Positions 7,853 through 18,412 are shown, counted from the first letter of the stretch. The stretch: DNA of 64,000 nt from an archaeon (GCA_037442745.1 JBBIPP010000003.1:38692-102691), one strand, 5' to 3'. The notes: a model not told the origin generated them from the sequence alone. Made by a program: numbers and translations.

Positions 7853-10528
7853 CTATATCACGTAGAAGCTTTTCGCGAACCCGTTCGAAAACACTTCCCT
7901 GAACCTCTCCGTTCCCGCGCCGTCGAGAATGTATGTCCGGGTGAAAATGTTCCTGTCACCGCCTTTTGTTGCGTAAATTGCCGCGCCCGGAATTAGTATT
8001 GCGCTTCCGGAATCCAGCTGGGCGCCGGACGAGTTTGTCTCAAAAACCCCGTCATAAGTAGCAATTGAGGAAAGTACTGCTGCGCCCGCCTGTCCGGACA
8101 CCCCTATTAGCGGGAGGGCAGTCCCGTTCTGGTCAACAATTGCAATGAAATATCCTCCGGAGGAATATATTCTTCCCTTGCCTAGCAGGGTGTCGGAATC
8201 CCTCAGATATGGGAACACTGCGTATTGGACGGGACGAAGGCCTATGCTTGAAGCCGCCGACATTTTTCCTATCATTGTGGAATCGTGCGTCATTAGCCTC
8301 GGGGGCTTTAGCTTGTTCTCAAAAGGGGAGTATCCGAAAATTAGATTTCCTCCTTCGGCCCGGAGATACGGCTCTATTCTTGTCTTGTCCCCGACCCTCT
8401 CAAGGGAGACTTCCCCTTCGTTGAAAGGCGTTGTCAAGCCTATCTGGACTGTGCTAATTTCGCCAGCCTCGGGAACCTGGACTTGCCCTTCCCTGCCGGA
8501 ATAGACCTCCCTATAATTCACAAGGAGTTTGGCTGAATATTCGCCTTCCGGGAGTTCTGAGAGGTTGACGGAATATCCGGAGCAGGTCTTTTGCCTTGGT
8601 CCGGGATTGTCCCCGACGCATTCGCCCTTGATTAATGTCTTTTCGGGAAGGAAGCGGGGATAGAAATCCTCCGCATAAACCTCGTTGGAATATTCGTATG
8701 TCTTGTCCCCTTTTGAAAGGGTGAGAGTGACTATTGGATAGTGCATTGTTGTCATCCAGTCGGCCGCCCTGTTCTCGTCAGAATCAGTGAACATTAGCCC
8801 GAGCTCTTGGTTCATTTTCAATATCCTGTTTCCGCCGTCGGCAACAGATGGCCTCCTAGCGAAATACTGTATCCAGTAGCCATAGTCCCACCATGCGAGA
8901 ACCGGGCTCTCTTTTGCGAGGTTCTGGTCGCTCCATTTGAAGTTCTCGAACCATTCGGAATTGACAGATGTCCTTATTCCCGAAGCGGAACTGAGAACAG
9001 TTGGATAGAGCTGGACGAATATTGCGAGGACAATGAATGCGGCAGCCCATTTGGGAGCGGATTCGGGAAAATTCCTCGAAATTGCCCCTATTGCAATTGC
9101 AACTCCCGCAAGCCCGAGGAAAATATAGACAAGAATAGGCTCTTTCGAGAATCCGGCGAACAGGAATCCTGTTGAGACAAGAATCCCCCCGAAAATCAGG
9201 GACAGCGACTTGTTCTTCGAGTTGCGGTATAGTGATGTTATTGCCTGGCCTGCGGCGAACGCGACTATTGGCGCAAGGCTAACGAAAAACCGGACGCCCC
9301 TGCTCGCAGAATAGAGGTTGAATGCAAGGAGGCAGGCAGTCAGCAAATCCTCGTCCCTCTTTGAGAAGAAGAGTGCAGGGAAAATCCCTAGGGAGAGCGC
9401 GAAAACAAGCCCAAGCTGGAGCCAATATGTGTTCGCGCCCTGGGCGAATGCTGGCTCCCATGGGAATGCCCATGAGGTCGGCTGGTTCTCGCCAACCGTC
9501 CCTCCGTGGATCGAGTATCTAAGGGGGTTTGAGAATTGGCGGGTTATTGAGGAGACTGTTTCAACAGGGTTGTTTCCTGTTGCAAGGAGGATTACGAGTC
9601 CGGCAAGGAGAGTGGCCACAACCGAAAGCCAGAGGAGGGTGCTGTTGGAAAGCTTTTTTTTCGGGAAAATTCTGTCAGAATATCTGAAGAAAAGATATGC
9701 TATTACCGGAAATGCCGTTGCTCCGTATAATGCGAGGTTCAGGGACGATTTCGCGAAAACGAGTCCTCCTGTGTTCCCATACCACAGGCGCATTATTACT
9801 GGAAAGATGACAAATGGGATTGTTCCAAGAACATTCGCTTTTGCCCTGTACCTAAATGCCTGGACTGCCGTGAAAAGCAGTACAGGAGCAACATAGAGAA
9901 CGTATGAGGAAAGGGAGAGGGCGGCGAGCCCCATTGATATTCCGGCAAATGCCCCGAAAATCAGTATTGAGCCGATTCTCTCCTCCTGAATATATCTGTA
10001 AACGAAATAAATGGAGATTGTCATTAAGAAGAACGCGGCAGTGTCCTTGTCAGTGAATCCGGCAACTGACCGAAACATTGCGCCCGGAACAATTGCGAAA
10101 AGGAGCGCTCCTATGAACCAGTCCTTCCCCGCCCTGTATCCTAGATAGGCGAGAACAATTACAGTCAGTATTGTGAATATTGGCGCATACCATTTGGACG
10201 CCGATTTGACTCCCTCGAAGGTTGAAAGGCAAAATGGGTTTATTCTGCAGAGGAATGCGACGGAATATGTCGGGACATGGTAGTCCCCTCCGTCATATAT
10301 CAGGGGGTAATACCGGTCAGTCTCGGAAGAGGGCAGTTCCCCTGTTCTGATAATTTCCTCCGCCTTGTTATGGAAATACATTGTGTCGAACTCGAGAAGG
10401 TGCGGGTCGTCTAGGCTCTGTAGCCTCGTGAATAGTGTGAGAAGTATTGTTGCAAAGACTGCCAGAATCGCGAGTATTCTTGCGAAATTTGCTCTTTTTT
10501 TGGGAAACTTGTTTTCGCTCTCTTGCAT
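7853..10528 (-). CDS. aglB: Oligosaccharyltransferase AglB (STT3)
   Basis: WWDYGYW, EFD loop, DKD, TVGE (TIxE-like) and multi-TM N-terminus. Confidence 0.95.
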   Translation of the reverse strand: MQESENKFPKKRANFARILAILAVFATILLTLFTRLQSLDDPHLLEFDTMYFHNKAEEIIRTGELPSSETDRYYPLIYDGGDYHVPTYSVAFLCRINPFCLSTFEGVKSASKWYAPIFTILTVIVLAYLGYRAGKDWFIGALLFAIVPGAMFRSVAGFTDKDTAAFFLMTISIYFVYRYIQEERIGSILIFGAFAGISMGLAALSLSSYVLYVAPVLLFTAVQAFRYRAKANVLGTIPFVIFPVIMRLWYGNTGGLVFAKSSLNLALYGATAFPVIAYLFFRYSDRIFPKKKLSNSTLLWLSVVATLLAGLVILLATGNNPVETVSSITRQFSNPLRYSIHGGTVGENQPTSWAFPWEPAFAQGANTYWLQLGLVFALSLGIFPALFFSKRDEDLLTACLLAFNLYSASRGVRFFVSLAPIVAFAAGQAITSLYRNSKNKSLSLIFGGILVSTGFLFAGFSKEPILVYIFLGLAGVAIAIGAISRNFPESAPKWAAAFIVLAIFVQLYPTVLSSASGIRTSVNSEWFENFKWSDQNLAKESPVLAWWDYGYWIQYFARRPSVADGGNRILKMNQELGLMFTDSDENRAADWMTTMHYPIVTLTLSKGDKTYEYSNEVYAEDFYPRFLPEKTLIKGECVGDNPGPRQKTCSGYSVNLSELPEGEYSAKLLVNYREVYSGREGQVQVPEAGEISTVQIGLTTPFNEGEVSLERVGDKTRIEPYLRAEGGNLIFGYSPFENKLKPPRLMTHDSTMIGKMSAASSIGLRPVQYAVFPYLRDSDTLLGKGRIYSSGGYFIAIVDQNGTALPLIGVSGQAGAAVLSSIATYDGVFETNSSGAQLDSGSAILIPGAAIYATKGGDRNIFTRTYILDGAGTERFREVFSNGFAKSFYVI

Positions 10529-10616
10529 TTCGTCCGTTTGGCTCTTCTTGGGTGTTTTTTAAAACCTTTTTAGGGGAATTGTGTTTTAAAGCCGGGAAAC
10601 CCCCCGTTTTCGGCAG

Positions 10617-11576
10617 ATGGGGCGACCGAGTTTCGTTGTTAGTGGTGGGGCGGGGTTCGTTGGTTCCGCGCTTGTCCGGGAGATTTTGGAATCCAGAAAA
10701 GGAACGCAAGTCATTGTAATTGACAATCTTTCCTCGGGGAAAAAGGAGAACATCCCTCCGGGAGCCTTCTTTTTGCCGATTGACCTCGCAAAAGAGTCTC
10801 CCGGCGAGATTTCCAGAGCAATTTCCGGAGCGGAAACTGTCTTCCATCTTGCCTCAAACGCCTCCGTTCCGAGAGGCGGAATTAACAGGTTCTTTGATTT
10901 GAAGAACAATGTCGAAGGGACTGTTAGGCTCCTTGAGGCGTGCGCGCTTTCGGGAAGCGTGAAAAGAATTGTCCTTGCATCGAGCTCCGCAGTATATGGT
11001 CTTCGGGCGGGGAGACGTCCCTCAGAGACCGCTCCTTGCGAGCCAATATCAATGTACGGGGCGTCGAAGCTCGCCTGCGAGGGGTATTTGTCCGCGTATT
11101 GCAACAATTTCGGGTTCGAAGGAAGCGTTTTCAGGATTGCGAACATTGTAGGAAGGGGGCAGGAGAGAGGCATTCTCCACGACATTTTCTCAAGGAAAGG
11201 CGACTTGGCTCTCTTCGGAAATGGCGCTGAGAAAAAATCCTATTTGCACGTGAATGACTGCGTTTCGGGAATTCTTGCGGGCGCCTTTTGGGGAGGCGCT
11301 GTTCCGGGGAAGGTGGAAACTTTCAACCTTGGCTCGGATTCGGCAATCTCCGTAAAGGCGCTGTCAGCAATTGCCCTCGGGGAAATCCGCAGGAAGACTG
11401 GGCGTTCGCCCGCCCTCTCTTTTTCGGGAAAACCGAGTTGGCCGGGAGACGTCCCTGAAATGCGCCTAAATTGCAGAAAGCTGAAAAGCATCGGCTGGAT
11501 CCCTGAACTAAAAAAGAGCGCGGATGCTATTGAGCGTGCGGCAGAGGAACTTTCGGACAGGTGGCTTGGAAAATGA
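10617..11576 (+). CDS. NAD-dependent sugar epimerase/dehydratase (GalE-like)
   Basis: GGAGFVGS, DNLSSG, SSSAVYG and YGASK. Confidence 0.9.
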   Translation: MGRPSFVVSGGAGFVGSALVREILESRKGTQVIVIDNLSSGKKENIPPGAFFLPIDLAKESPGEISRAISGAETVFHLASNASVPRGGINRFFDLKNNVEGTVRLLEACALSGSVKRIVLASSSAVYGLRAGRRPSETAPCEPISMYGASKLACEGYLSAYCNNFGFEGSVFRIANIVGRGQERGILHDIFSRKGDLALFGNGAEKKSYLHVNDCVSGILAGAFWGGAVPGKVETFNLGSDSAISVKALSAIALGEIRRKTGRSPALSFSGKPSWPGDVPEMRLNCRKLKSIGWIPELKKSADAIERAAEELSDRWLGK

Positions 11577-12460
11577 AAAGAAAAATATCTGTTATCTGCA
11601 CTGTCCGAAACGAGGAGAGTGCGCTGAATGCGCTCGTTGATTCCATTCTTTCCCAGAAAAGGTTGCCTGATGAGATAGTGTTCGTTGACGGGGGGTCTGT
11701 TGACCGGACGCTTGAAATCCTGAAAAGCTATGGAAAAAAGCTCCGGGTAATCTCGAGCCCCGGGGCGAACATTGCCGAGGGGAGAAACATTGCAATAAGG
11801 AGCGCGAAGGGGGAATGGGTTGCCTCAATTGATGGGGGATGCGTTGCGGACAAAGACTGGCTACTGAATCTTGAGAGGAAAATGTCGTTTGCTGATGTTG
11901 TCTCTGGCGCATATCTTCCTATTGGAAAAACTCGATTCGAAAGGGTTCAGGGAAGAGTTGTCGTGAAGAACCCGGAGAAGTTGGATTCGAAGAGTTTTCT
12001 TCCATCCTCCCGCTCAGTTGCTTTCAAGAAATCCGTCTGGCTTGCTGTCGGGGGCTATCCTGAGAACACATATACTGCGGAGGACACCCTTTTCGACATG
12101 AAACTGAAGCGGGCGGGCTTTAGGTTCGCTCTTGCGAGGGACGCGATTGTTTTCTGGAGAATGAGAGCGACCCTTTCAAAATTCGCAAAACAATTCTTCC
12201 TTTATGGCAAAGGGGACGGAAAAACCGGGCTCGTTTTCCGGATGCCGTTGAACCTCGCAATGGCAACCTGTTTCCTTCTAGCTTTTGCTCTCTTGTTCCT
12301 CGGGAATTTCTGGCTCCTTGGGGCAATTATGGGGGCGCTCGTTCTTGTGGGATTTTCAAAATCCCGGTCAGTTCAAGAATTCCCGATTGCCCTTCTTTTA
12401 GTGTCTGTGAAGAGGATTGCATATTCGGTGGGCGTTTTTTGGGGGCTTGTCCAAAAATGA
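11573..12460 (+). CDS. GT2 glycosyltransferase with C-terminal TM helices
   Basis: VRNEE, VDGGSVDRT, VGGYPE and AED; ATG at 11573 overlaps the upstream stop. Confidence 0.88.
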   Translation: MKRKISVICTVRNEESALNALVDSILSQKRLPDEIVFVDGGSVDRTLEILKSYGKKLRVISSPGANIAEGRNIAIRSAKGEWVASIDGGCVADKDWLLNLERKMSFADVVSGAYLPIGKTRFERVQGRVVVKNPEKLDSKSFLPSSRSVAFKKSVWLAVGGYPENTYTAEDTLFDMKLKRAGFRFALARDAIVFWRMRATLSKFAKQFFLYGKGDGKTGLVFRMPLNLAMATCFLLAFALLFLGNFWLLGAIMGALVLVGFSKSRSVQEFPIALLLVSVKRIAYSVGVFWGLVQK

Positions 12461-13689
12461 AATTTCCCGGACCATCCTCCTTCGTGGGGAAAAAAAAGGA
12501 TGCAATATTCCTCTCGGGTGCGAACCTGATGAATTATGCCCTCTCAATGCTTGCGGGGATTGTTGCCGCGGGAATTCTCGGGCCGGAGCAGTACGCAACA
12601 AAGGTTCTTGTTTTCTCAATTGTCGGCCTTGTGGCATCGTTCTCCGACCTCGGAATATCCTTTGCCGTAATGAAGGATGGCGGGGGAAAGGGTGGCTCCA
12701 GGACGTTCTCATCGGGCTTGTGGCTGTCAATAATTTCCGGCGCAGTGTTTTTCGTACTCTTGTTCCCCGCATTCGTTCTTGTTGGCAGGGGATATGGAAT
12801 ATCTGAACCCTTTCTCTTTGCAATCTATGCGGGAACCGGGCTACTAAAGCAGATCTCGTCAATAGGATATTCCTACCTTGTTTCGAGGGAAAGGGCGGGG
12901 GTTGCCGCTAGTCTAAACGCGGTTGCCGGAATTTCCTACTTAATTCTGGTCTTGGCGCTCACGTGGGCTCTTGGGCTTTTCGGATTCTTCCTTGCGGTCT
13001 TCCTCTCAAGCCTTCTAGACGCCTCTCTGAAACTTTTTTGGGCTTTCCGCGAACTGGGAAGGGCGCCCATTGCTTTTTCGGGATTCGGCCCTATTGAAAA
13101 ATCGATTGTTACAACAGGGCTTGCCTCGACAGGAATGAGTTTGCTTTCATATGTCGCGCTGAATTCCTCGAAGTTCGCGCTTGGTCTCCTGTCAGACAGG
13201 GCCATTGTCGCATATTTCGCAATAGCGCTCCTTCCAATATATCCCATAATTGTAGTTTCCGGATCAATTGCTTCGAGCATTGTCCCAAGAGTCAGGAGGG
13301 CGCGGGGAAATGAAAGAATGAGGCTTGTCGGAAAATCTCTCCGCTATTCCGCTCTTGCCGGATTTGGGATAGCCTCCATTGCAGTGCCCGGCTATTGGAT
13401 TCTGACAAACGCGTTCCTTCCAAAATACTCGCCTTCGCTTGCGCTCCTCGCGTTTCTTGCGGTTCCGATAGCTATTGAAGGTGGAATTAGCTCTATTTCG
13501 GCAACATTCCTATTGGCAATGGGCCGGAACCGGGAGGCGCTTTTTGCAAGGGCTGTCGGAGTTATCCCGATTCTGGTTCTGGGGCCGATCTTGACTTTGC
13601 AGTTCGGGGTCTGGGGGACAATTGCCGCTTTTTGGGCAGGCTCCCTTCTTGGGGGGGTTCTCCTCCTGAGAACAGTCCTGAAGAATTAA
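12457..13689 (+). CDS. Oligosaccharide flippase (Wzx/MOP family)
   Basis: About 12 TM helices, LGPEQY and SDLG motifs; in a glycan operon. Confidence 0.82.
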   Translation: MKFPGPSSFVGKKKDAIFLSGANLMNYALSMLAGIVAAGILGPEQYATKVLVFSIVGLVASFSDLGISFAVMKDGGGKGGSRTFSSGLWLSIISGAVFFVLLFPAFVLVGRGYGISEPFLFAIYAGTGLLKQISSIGYSYLVSRERAGVAASLNAVAGISYLILVLALTWALGLFGFFLAVFLSSLLDASLKLFWAFRELGRAPIAFSGFGPIEKSIVTTGLASTGMSLLSYVALNSSKFALGLLSDRAIVAYFAIALLPIYPIIVVSGSIASSIVPRVRRARGNERMRLVGKSLRYSALAGFGIASIAVPGYWILTNAFLPKYSPSLALLAFLAVPIAIEGGISSISATFLLAMGRNREALFARAVGVIPILVLGPILTLQFGVWGTIAAFWAGSLLGGVLLLRTVLKN

Positions 13690-14795
13690 CGCAGTCTGCC
13701 AGAGAGGACTTGCTCGTATATTTTCCGGTATTTCTCAATTACGGTTTTTTCCGAATGGAATTTCTCAATATGCTTTCTCGCGGAAATCCTGTCCGAGTGC
13801 TTTAGGGACCGGACAGCCGAAAAGAACCCGGCTTTGTCCCTGAACTCCTTTATCGGAGCTCCCTTTTCGCATCCGCAATCTCCTGATACTCCGATAACTG
13901 GGACTCCTTCGGCCATTGATTCAAGGCCGTTATATCCAAGCCCCGCGGGCTCAAAAGTCACAATTGCCGACATTTTTGAGACTGCTCTTCTGACCTCTGC
14001 CGGGCTGGGGAGCCTGTAGAAAAATATCTTCTTCTCCGCGCCCTCCTTTTTTGCAAGGGCTTTTAGGGAGTTCTCGAGGGGCCCATATCCTATAATGTGA
14101 AGTTCCGCTGATTTGTCAATTTCGCGGGAATATTGGGCGAACCAAGACACTAGCGTGTCAAGACGTTTCAAGGGTATGTATCTTGAAACTGAGCACAATC
14201 GCGTCCTATCGGGCGCTTTCCCGGGGCTTTTGGCGATTTTTGAGACCGCGTGCTGTATAACGACTTTTTTGTCCGAATATGGATATATTTCTGAGAGCAT
14301 TTTGGTGTTGAAAACGAGGAGTTCGCTTCGGCAAGCGGCAATTTCCGAGATCTTCCTGGCCAAACTGGATGCAACAATTGATTTTGGGAATTTCCTCCCG
14401 GAAAACATTTTTGAGGCATAGTTTAGGCTCCCGTGAACGTGGGTTACTGTCGGCTTTTCGCAATACATTGAGTATATTTCCCCGTTTGCGTGGCAGAGGT
14501 CGAACTTCCCCTTCCGGAAAATTGCCCGGATTTTTGGGCGAAGAATCGGGATGTTCAGGAGATGCTCTAGGGACACGGGATCCTTTGACGGATAGAACCG
14601 CGTCCTTGTTGCAAAGAGCGCGCGTTTTTCCTTCGCCTGGGCTTCCTGAGCGGGCGAGCAGATGAACGCGTTTTCATGAGATATTTTCGCTCGGGAGAGG
14701 GCAGAGTTGTGCCAAGAGAAGAATGTCTCTACTCCTGCAGGCTTGAGGGAGCCATCGGGAAGATAGGGATAATGGGTGAGTGTGAGGAGGTTCAT
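13686..14795 (-). CDS. GT4 glycosyltransferase
   Basis: GVE, HVHG, SRYIPLKR, IIGYGP and ESMAEGVPVI. Confidence 0.85.
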   Translation of the reverse strand: MNLLTLTHYPYLPDGSLKPAGVETFFSWHNSALSRAKISHENAFICSPAQEAQAKEKRALFATRTRFYPSKDPVSLEHLLNIPILRPKIRAIFRKGKFDLCHANGEIYSMYCEKPTVTHVHGSLNYASKMFSGRKFPKSIVASSLARKISEIAACRSELLVFNTKMLSEIYPYSDKKVVIQHAVSKIAKSPGKAPDRTRLCSVSRYIPLKRLDTLVSWFAQYSREIDKSAELHIIGYGPLENSLKALAKKEGAEKKIFFYRLPSPAEVRRAVSKMSAIVTFEPAGLGYNGLESMAEGVPVIGVSGDCGCEKGAPIKEFRDKAGFFSAVRSLKHSDRISARKHIEKFHSEKTVIEKYRKIYEQVLSGRLR

Positions 14796-14851
14796 TACAG
14801 GTTCCAACTTTTCGCCTAGTATTTAAAATCTGGAGGTGGATTTCCACGGAA

Positions 14852-15149
14852 ATGAGAATACTTCATGTCACGCCCTTTTTTTCTCCCCATATTGGCGGGG
14901 TCGAGAGACACGTCCTTGAGGTTTCCCGGTGCCTTGCTGAAAAGGGGCATTCCGTCTCTGTCTTCACTGTCGCCCATGAAAAGGGGCTGTCTGAGAGGGA
15001 AACTATCGGACGAGTCAGGATAATCCGCGCCCCTTTCTGGGGAATGGGGTATTTCTCACGTCTCTTTTCGGCTTGGTGGTTTGTCATCAGGAACTGGAAG
15101 GAATTTCGGGAGTTCGACATAACCCATCTCCATGATTTTCCTGCTTTCG
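14852..15149 (+). repeat. Direct repeat of 17402..17660 (GT4 5' ends)
   Basis: Identical apart from 2 substitutions and a 39-bp deletion in copy B. Confidence 0.95.
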
Positions 15150-15904
15150 CCTGGCTCCTCTTTCTTCCGGAAAAAAAGACAATCACTTTCCATGGGTATG
15201 AAAGGGACCCTGTGACTCTCAAGCACAAGGTATTGAGGAAGATTGCCGAAAAATTCACCCGCTCGAACTTTTGCGTTGGAACGCATCTTGTCGGGCATTA
15301 TGGCACGGCCTGCCCGAAAGAGAGGATATTGGTTGGCGGGGTTGATTCCGGAAAAATCAAAAGGCGGGCAGTTCCCTTCCGGAAAAAGGAACGGAAGAAA
15401 ATATTGTTCCTTACGCGCCTCGCATGGGATACCCAGATAAGGGAATTCGTCCTCGCAATGAGGCACCTTCCCGGGTTTTCCCTCGAAGTTTATGGGGAAG
15501 GCCCTTTGAAAGAAGAGCTGACAAAACTCGCGAAAAGCGAGCGCCTTAAAGTTCGGTTCCTTGGAAAATGGCCGGGCGACTCTAACGACCTCTTCAGGAA
15601 ATACAGGTTCGTCTTTGCCGCGCGACAACTGACAATTCTTGAGGCTCTCGGGAACGGGGCAATTGTCTTCTCAGTCCACACATCGGAAATAATGAAAAAT
15701 CTCCTTATTGGAATGGGTTCCCCGAGGGAAACCCACATTCTTACGGGCTCGGTCGGGGAGCTGGCAGAGCGCTTTAGAGAAATTGCAGGGGAGCCGGAAA
15801 ACTCCCTGCTCCTGCGTTCGGAGAAGGGGAAAAAATACGCCCTCTCGTTCGATTGGGAAAAGATTGCAAATAGCTATCTGAGGGAGTATTCCCGGATTCT
15901 CTAA
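14852..15904 (+). CDS. GT4 glycosyltransferase (copy A)
   Basis: MRILHVTPFF-GGVE-H-LAEKGHSVSVFT, TFHG, GEGP, LEALGNG and FDWE. Confidence 0.88.
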   Translation: MRILHVTPFFSPHIGGVERHVLEVSRCLAEKGHSVSVFTVAHEKGLSERETIGRVRIIRAPFWGMGYFSRLFSAWWFVIRNWKEFREFDITHLHDFPAFAWLLFLPEKKTITFHGYERDPVTLKHKVLRKIAEKFTRSNFCVGTHLVGHYGTACPKERILVGGVDSGKIKRRAVPFRKKERKKILFLTRLAWDTQIREFVLAMRHLPGFSLEVYGEGPLKEELTKLAKSERLKVRFLGKWPGDSNDLFRKYRFVFAARQLTILEALGNGAIVFSVHTSEIMKNLLIGMGSPRETHILTGSVGELAERFREIAGEPENSLLLRSEKGKKYALSFDWEKIANSYLREYSRIL

Positions 15905-15913
15905 GGACAACTT

Positions 15914-16309
15914 TCACTTCTTTGCAAGGTTCGCGATTGTCTCCGCAATGAATTCCGCGTCCGCTTCCGAGACTGATGCGTGGACAGGAAGAGCCAACAC
16001 CTCTTTTGCGGCTTTTTCGGCCTGCGGGAGAATCTGGGCGTTCCATTCAGAATAGGATTTCTGCTTGTGAACGGGTATCGGATAGTGGATTCCTGAGCCT
16101 ATTCCCTTCTCTTTTAGTTTTTCAATAAGGGCGTCCCTGTCAAGGCCGTATTCGTCCGGGAGAACGCGTATAACATACTGGTGGAAAACGTGCTTCCTTC
16201 CTGGGAGGACTTTTGGGACAATAATTCCCGGGACTTTGGAGAGGCGGGCGGAGAGTATTTTCGCGTTCCGTCCCCTTGTCCAGTTCCTGTTATCGAGATG
16301 AGTGAGCTT
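15914..16309 (-). pseudogene. 3' fragment of a DegT/DnrJ/EryC1/StrS sugar aminotransferase
   Basis: Manual minus-strand translation gives KLTHLDNRN..HVFHQYVIRV..RDALIEKLKEKGIGSGIHYPIPVHKQ..LPQAEKAAKEVLALPVH..KK*; no start codon and no PLP-lysine region; absent from the ORF track. Confidence 0.85.
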
Positions 16310-17405
16310 CTTTGTCGCGTTCGCGGACCTCGGGATACAGTTCTCCCTTCTAAGAGAGATTGGGAGCAGAAAATCCGAAAAAGCCAGGCGTTTCCTCCTT
16401 TCAAGGGGTCTTGCGATAAACTCTCTGACTGTTTTTGTTTTCTACTGGGTCGCCCTCTTGGCGTTCATCCCTATTGGGCGCGCTTATGGAATAGGAAACC
16501 CGTTCTTCCTAGTTTCCCTCTCTGCTGCATTCAGCATAAAGCAGATTGCCGCCCTCCTATTCTCATATTCTGCGGGAAAGAGGATGTTCAAACAGCTGTC
16601 AGAAGCAATTGTCCTCTCGGCAATTGCGTATTCCGTCCTAGCAATATTTCTGACAATGCTCTTCGGAATAAGAGGACTTTTCTGGGCGATTCTTGCCGGT
16701 TCGATAATAGACGCGTTCCTAAAGGCTGGAATGGTGAACTTGCGCACGGCGGACGTCTGGGCCCTTGGAAAATCCTTCTTCAGGTTCGGCTCGCCTGAGG
16801 ACAGGCTTCTCGTCTCCGGAGGTCTTGTTTTCATGGCATCAACCTGGTTCGCAACTGCGCTTCAGAATTATGACGACCTCATTCTGGGGGCTTTCCATGA
16901 AAAAGGGCTTGTGTCGTATTATGCAGTTGCATACCTCCCGATTTTTCCGATGCTTGTTGCAGCAAACTCAATATTCGCAGCACCCCTTCCGGGAATCTCT
17001 TCCCTCTCTGGGCCCGAAAAAAGGAGGGTTTTTGGCAAGTCCGTGAAATACGCCTGCCTCGTCTCTTCCGCCTTGGCCATTGCCGGAATTCCCGCATATT
17101 TCTTTCTGACTGAATTCTTCCTCGAGAAATACGCGCTCTCAGCGACTCTTCTGACTTTCCTCGCAGTCCCGTTCATAATAGAGTCCGGCGTGAATAACAC
17201 AACAGTCAATTTCCTGATTGCGTTCGGCATGAACCGCGTGTCCTTTGCAATGAGGGGGATTCAGCTAACCATCTCGGTCATATTCGGCTTCTTCCTGATA
17301 AGGGAGTTCTGGATATGGGGAGCGGTCGCCTCCGTCTGGATGAGTTCTCTTTCAGGTCTTGCCCTCTCGGCTTTCTTCTACTTCAAGGGAGAATTTTTCA
17401 AATGA
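16302..17405 (+). pseudogene. 5'-truncated flippase (paralog of 12457..13689)
   Basis: Begins at FVAFADLGI, which matches about residue 60 (ASFSDLGI) of the intact paralog; the first TM segments are missing. Confidence 0.7.
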
Positions 17406-18412
17406 GAATACTTCATGTCACGCCCTTTTTTTCTCCCCATATTGGCGGGGTCGAGAGACACGGCCTTGAGGTTTCCCGGTGCCTTGCTGAAAAGGGGCTG
17501 TCTGAAAGGGAAACTATCGGACGAGTCAGGATAATCCGCGCCCCTTTCTGGGGAATGGGGTATTTCTCACGTCTCTTTTCGGCTTGGTGGTTTGTCATCA
17601 GGAACTGGAAGGAATTTCGGGAGTTCGACATAACCCATCTCCATGATTTTCCTGCTTTCGTATGGGCATTGCCACTCTTCGGGAAGAGAGCAATTACTTT
17701 TCATGGTTTTGAGCACGACCCGCCCAAGTTCTATAACAAATTGCTGAGGAAACTCGCGGAAAAGTCTGTCGGCTCCGTTTTCTGCGTGGGAAAATATCTT
17801 AGGAGAATTTATGGCACGAGATGTCTTGACAAGAACATAATTGTCGGGGGGGTTGAATGGAAGAGATTCTCGGGCAATAGGAAAAGGATAAGGAATAAGA
17901 TTGTTTTTCTGAGACGCCTTGAAGGGGACAACCATCCGTTGGAGTGTATTGAGGCGCTTTCCGGAACGGGAATCGGAATAGATTTCTACGGGAAAGGCTC
18001 TCTCGTCGCAAAGGCAAGGGCGTTTTCTGTTGAACGGGGGGTTTCGGCGAGATTTTTCGGAGAAACAAAACATCCAGAAAATATCCTTCCCAGATACGAA
18101 CTGGCTTTTGCGTCAAAACAGCTCGCAATCCTCGAATCCCTTGCTTCCGGATGCGCCGTATTCTCGCTTCACTCTAGCAACCTCCAAAAAGAGCTTTTGA
18201 AAGGAATGGGTCTTCCGAGAAAAGTGGTCGCGGATTTCCTGGTTTCTGACATCAAGAAGGCTGGGAGAGAAATTTCCGCGAGAATGATATCAGGTGGCGG
18301 GACCGGTTCCGGGATATCTTTCCGGAGAAGGCTTGCGAGAAAGTTCGGCTGGGAGAAAGTTGCCGATACGTACGAGAGGGAATACTTACGTCTGTTCAAT
18401 GACCTTCCCTGA
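17402..18412 (+). CDS. GT4 glycosyltransferase (copy B), probably inactivated
   Basis: The 5' 259 nt are nearly identical to copy A but lack 13 codons (HSVSVFTVAHEKG); LESLASG. Confidence 0.75.
   Translation: MRILHVTPFFSPHIGGVERHGLEVSRCLAEKGLSERETIGRVRIIRAPFWGMGYFSRLFSAWWFVIRNWKEFREFDITHLHDFPAFVWALPLFGKRAITFHGFEHDPPKFYNKLLRKLAEKSVGSVFCVGKYLRRIYGTRCLDKNIIVGGVEWKRFSGNRKRIRNKIVFLRRLEGDNHPLECIEALSGTGIGIDFYGKGSLVAKARAFSVERGVSARFFGETKHPENILPRYELAFASKQLAILESLASGCAVFSLHSSNLQKELLKGMGLPRKVVADFLVSDIKKAGREISARMISGGGTGSGISFRRRLARKFGWEKVADTYEREYLRLFNDLP

Noticed and set aside
16181-16798. 205-aa plus-strand ORF
   Set aside because: Off-frame shadow across the DegT/flippase junction with no recognisable motifs
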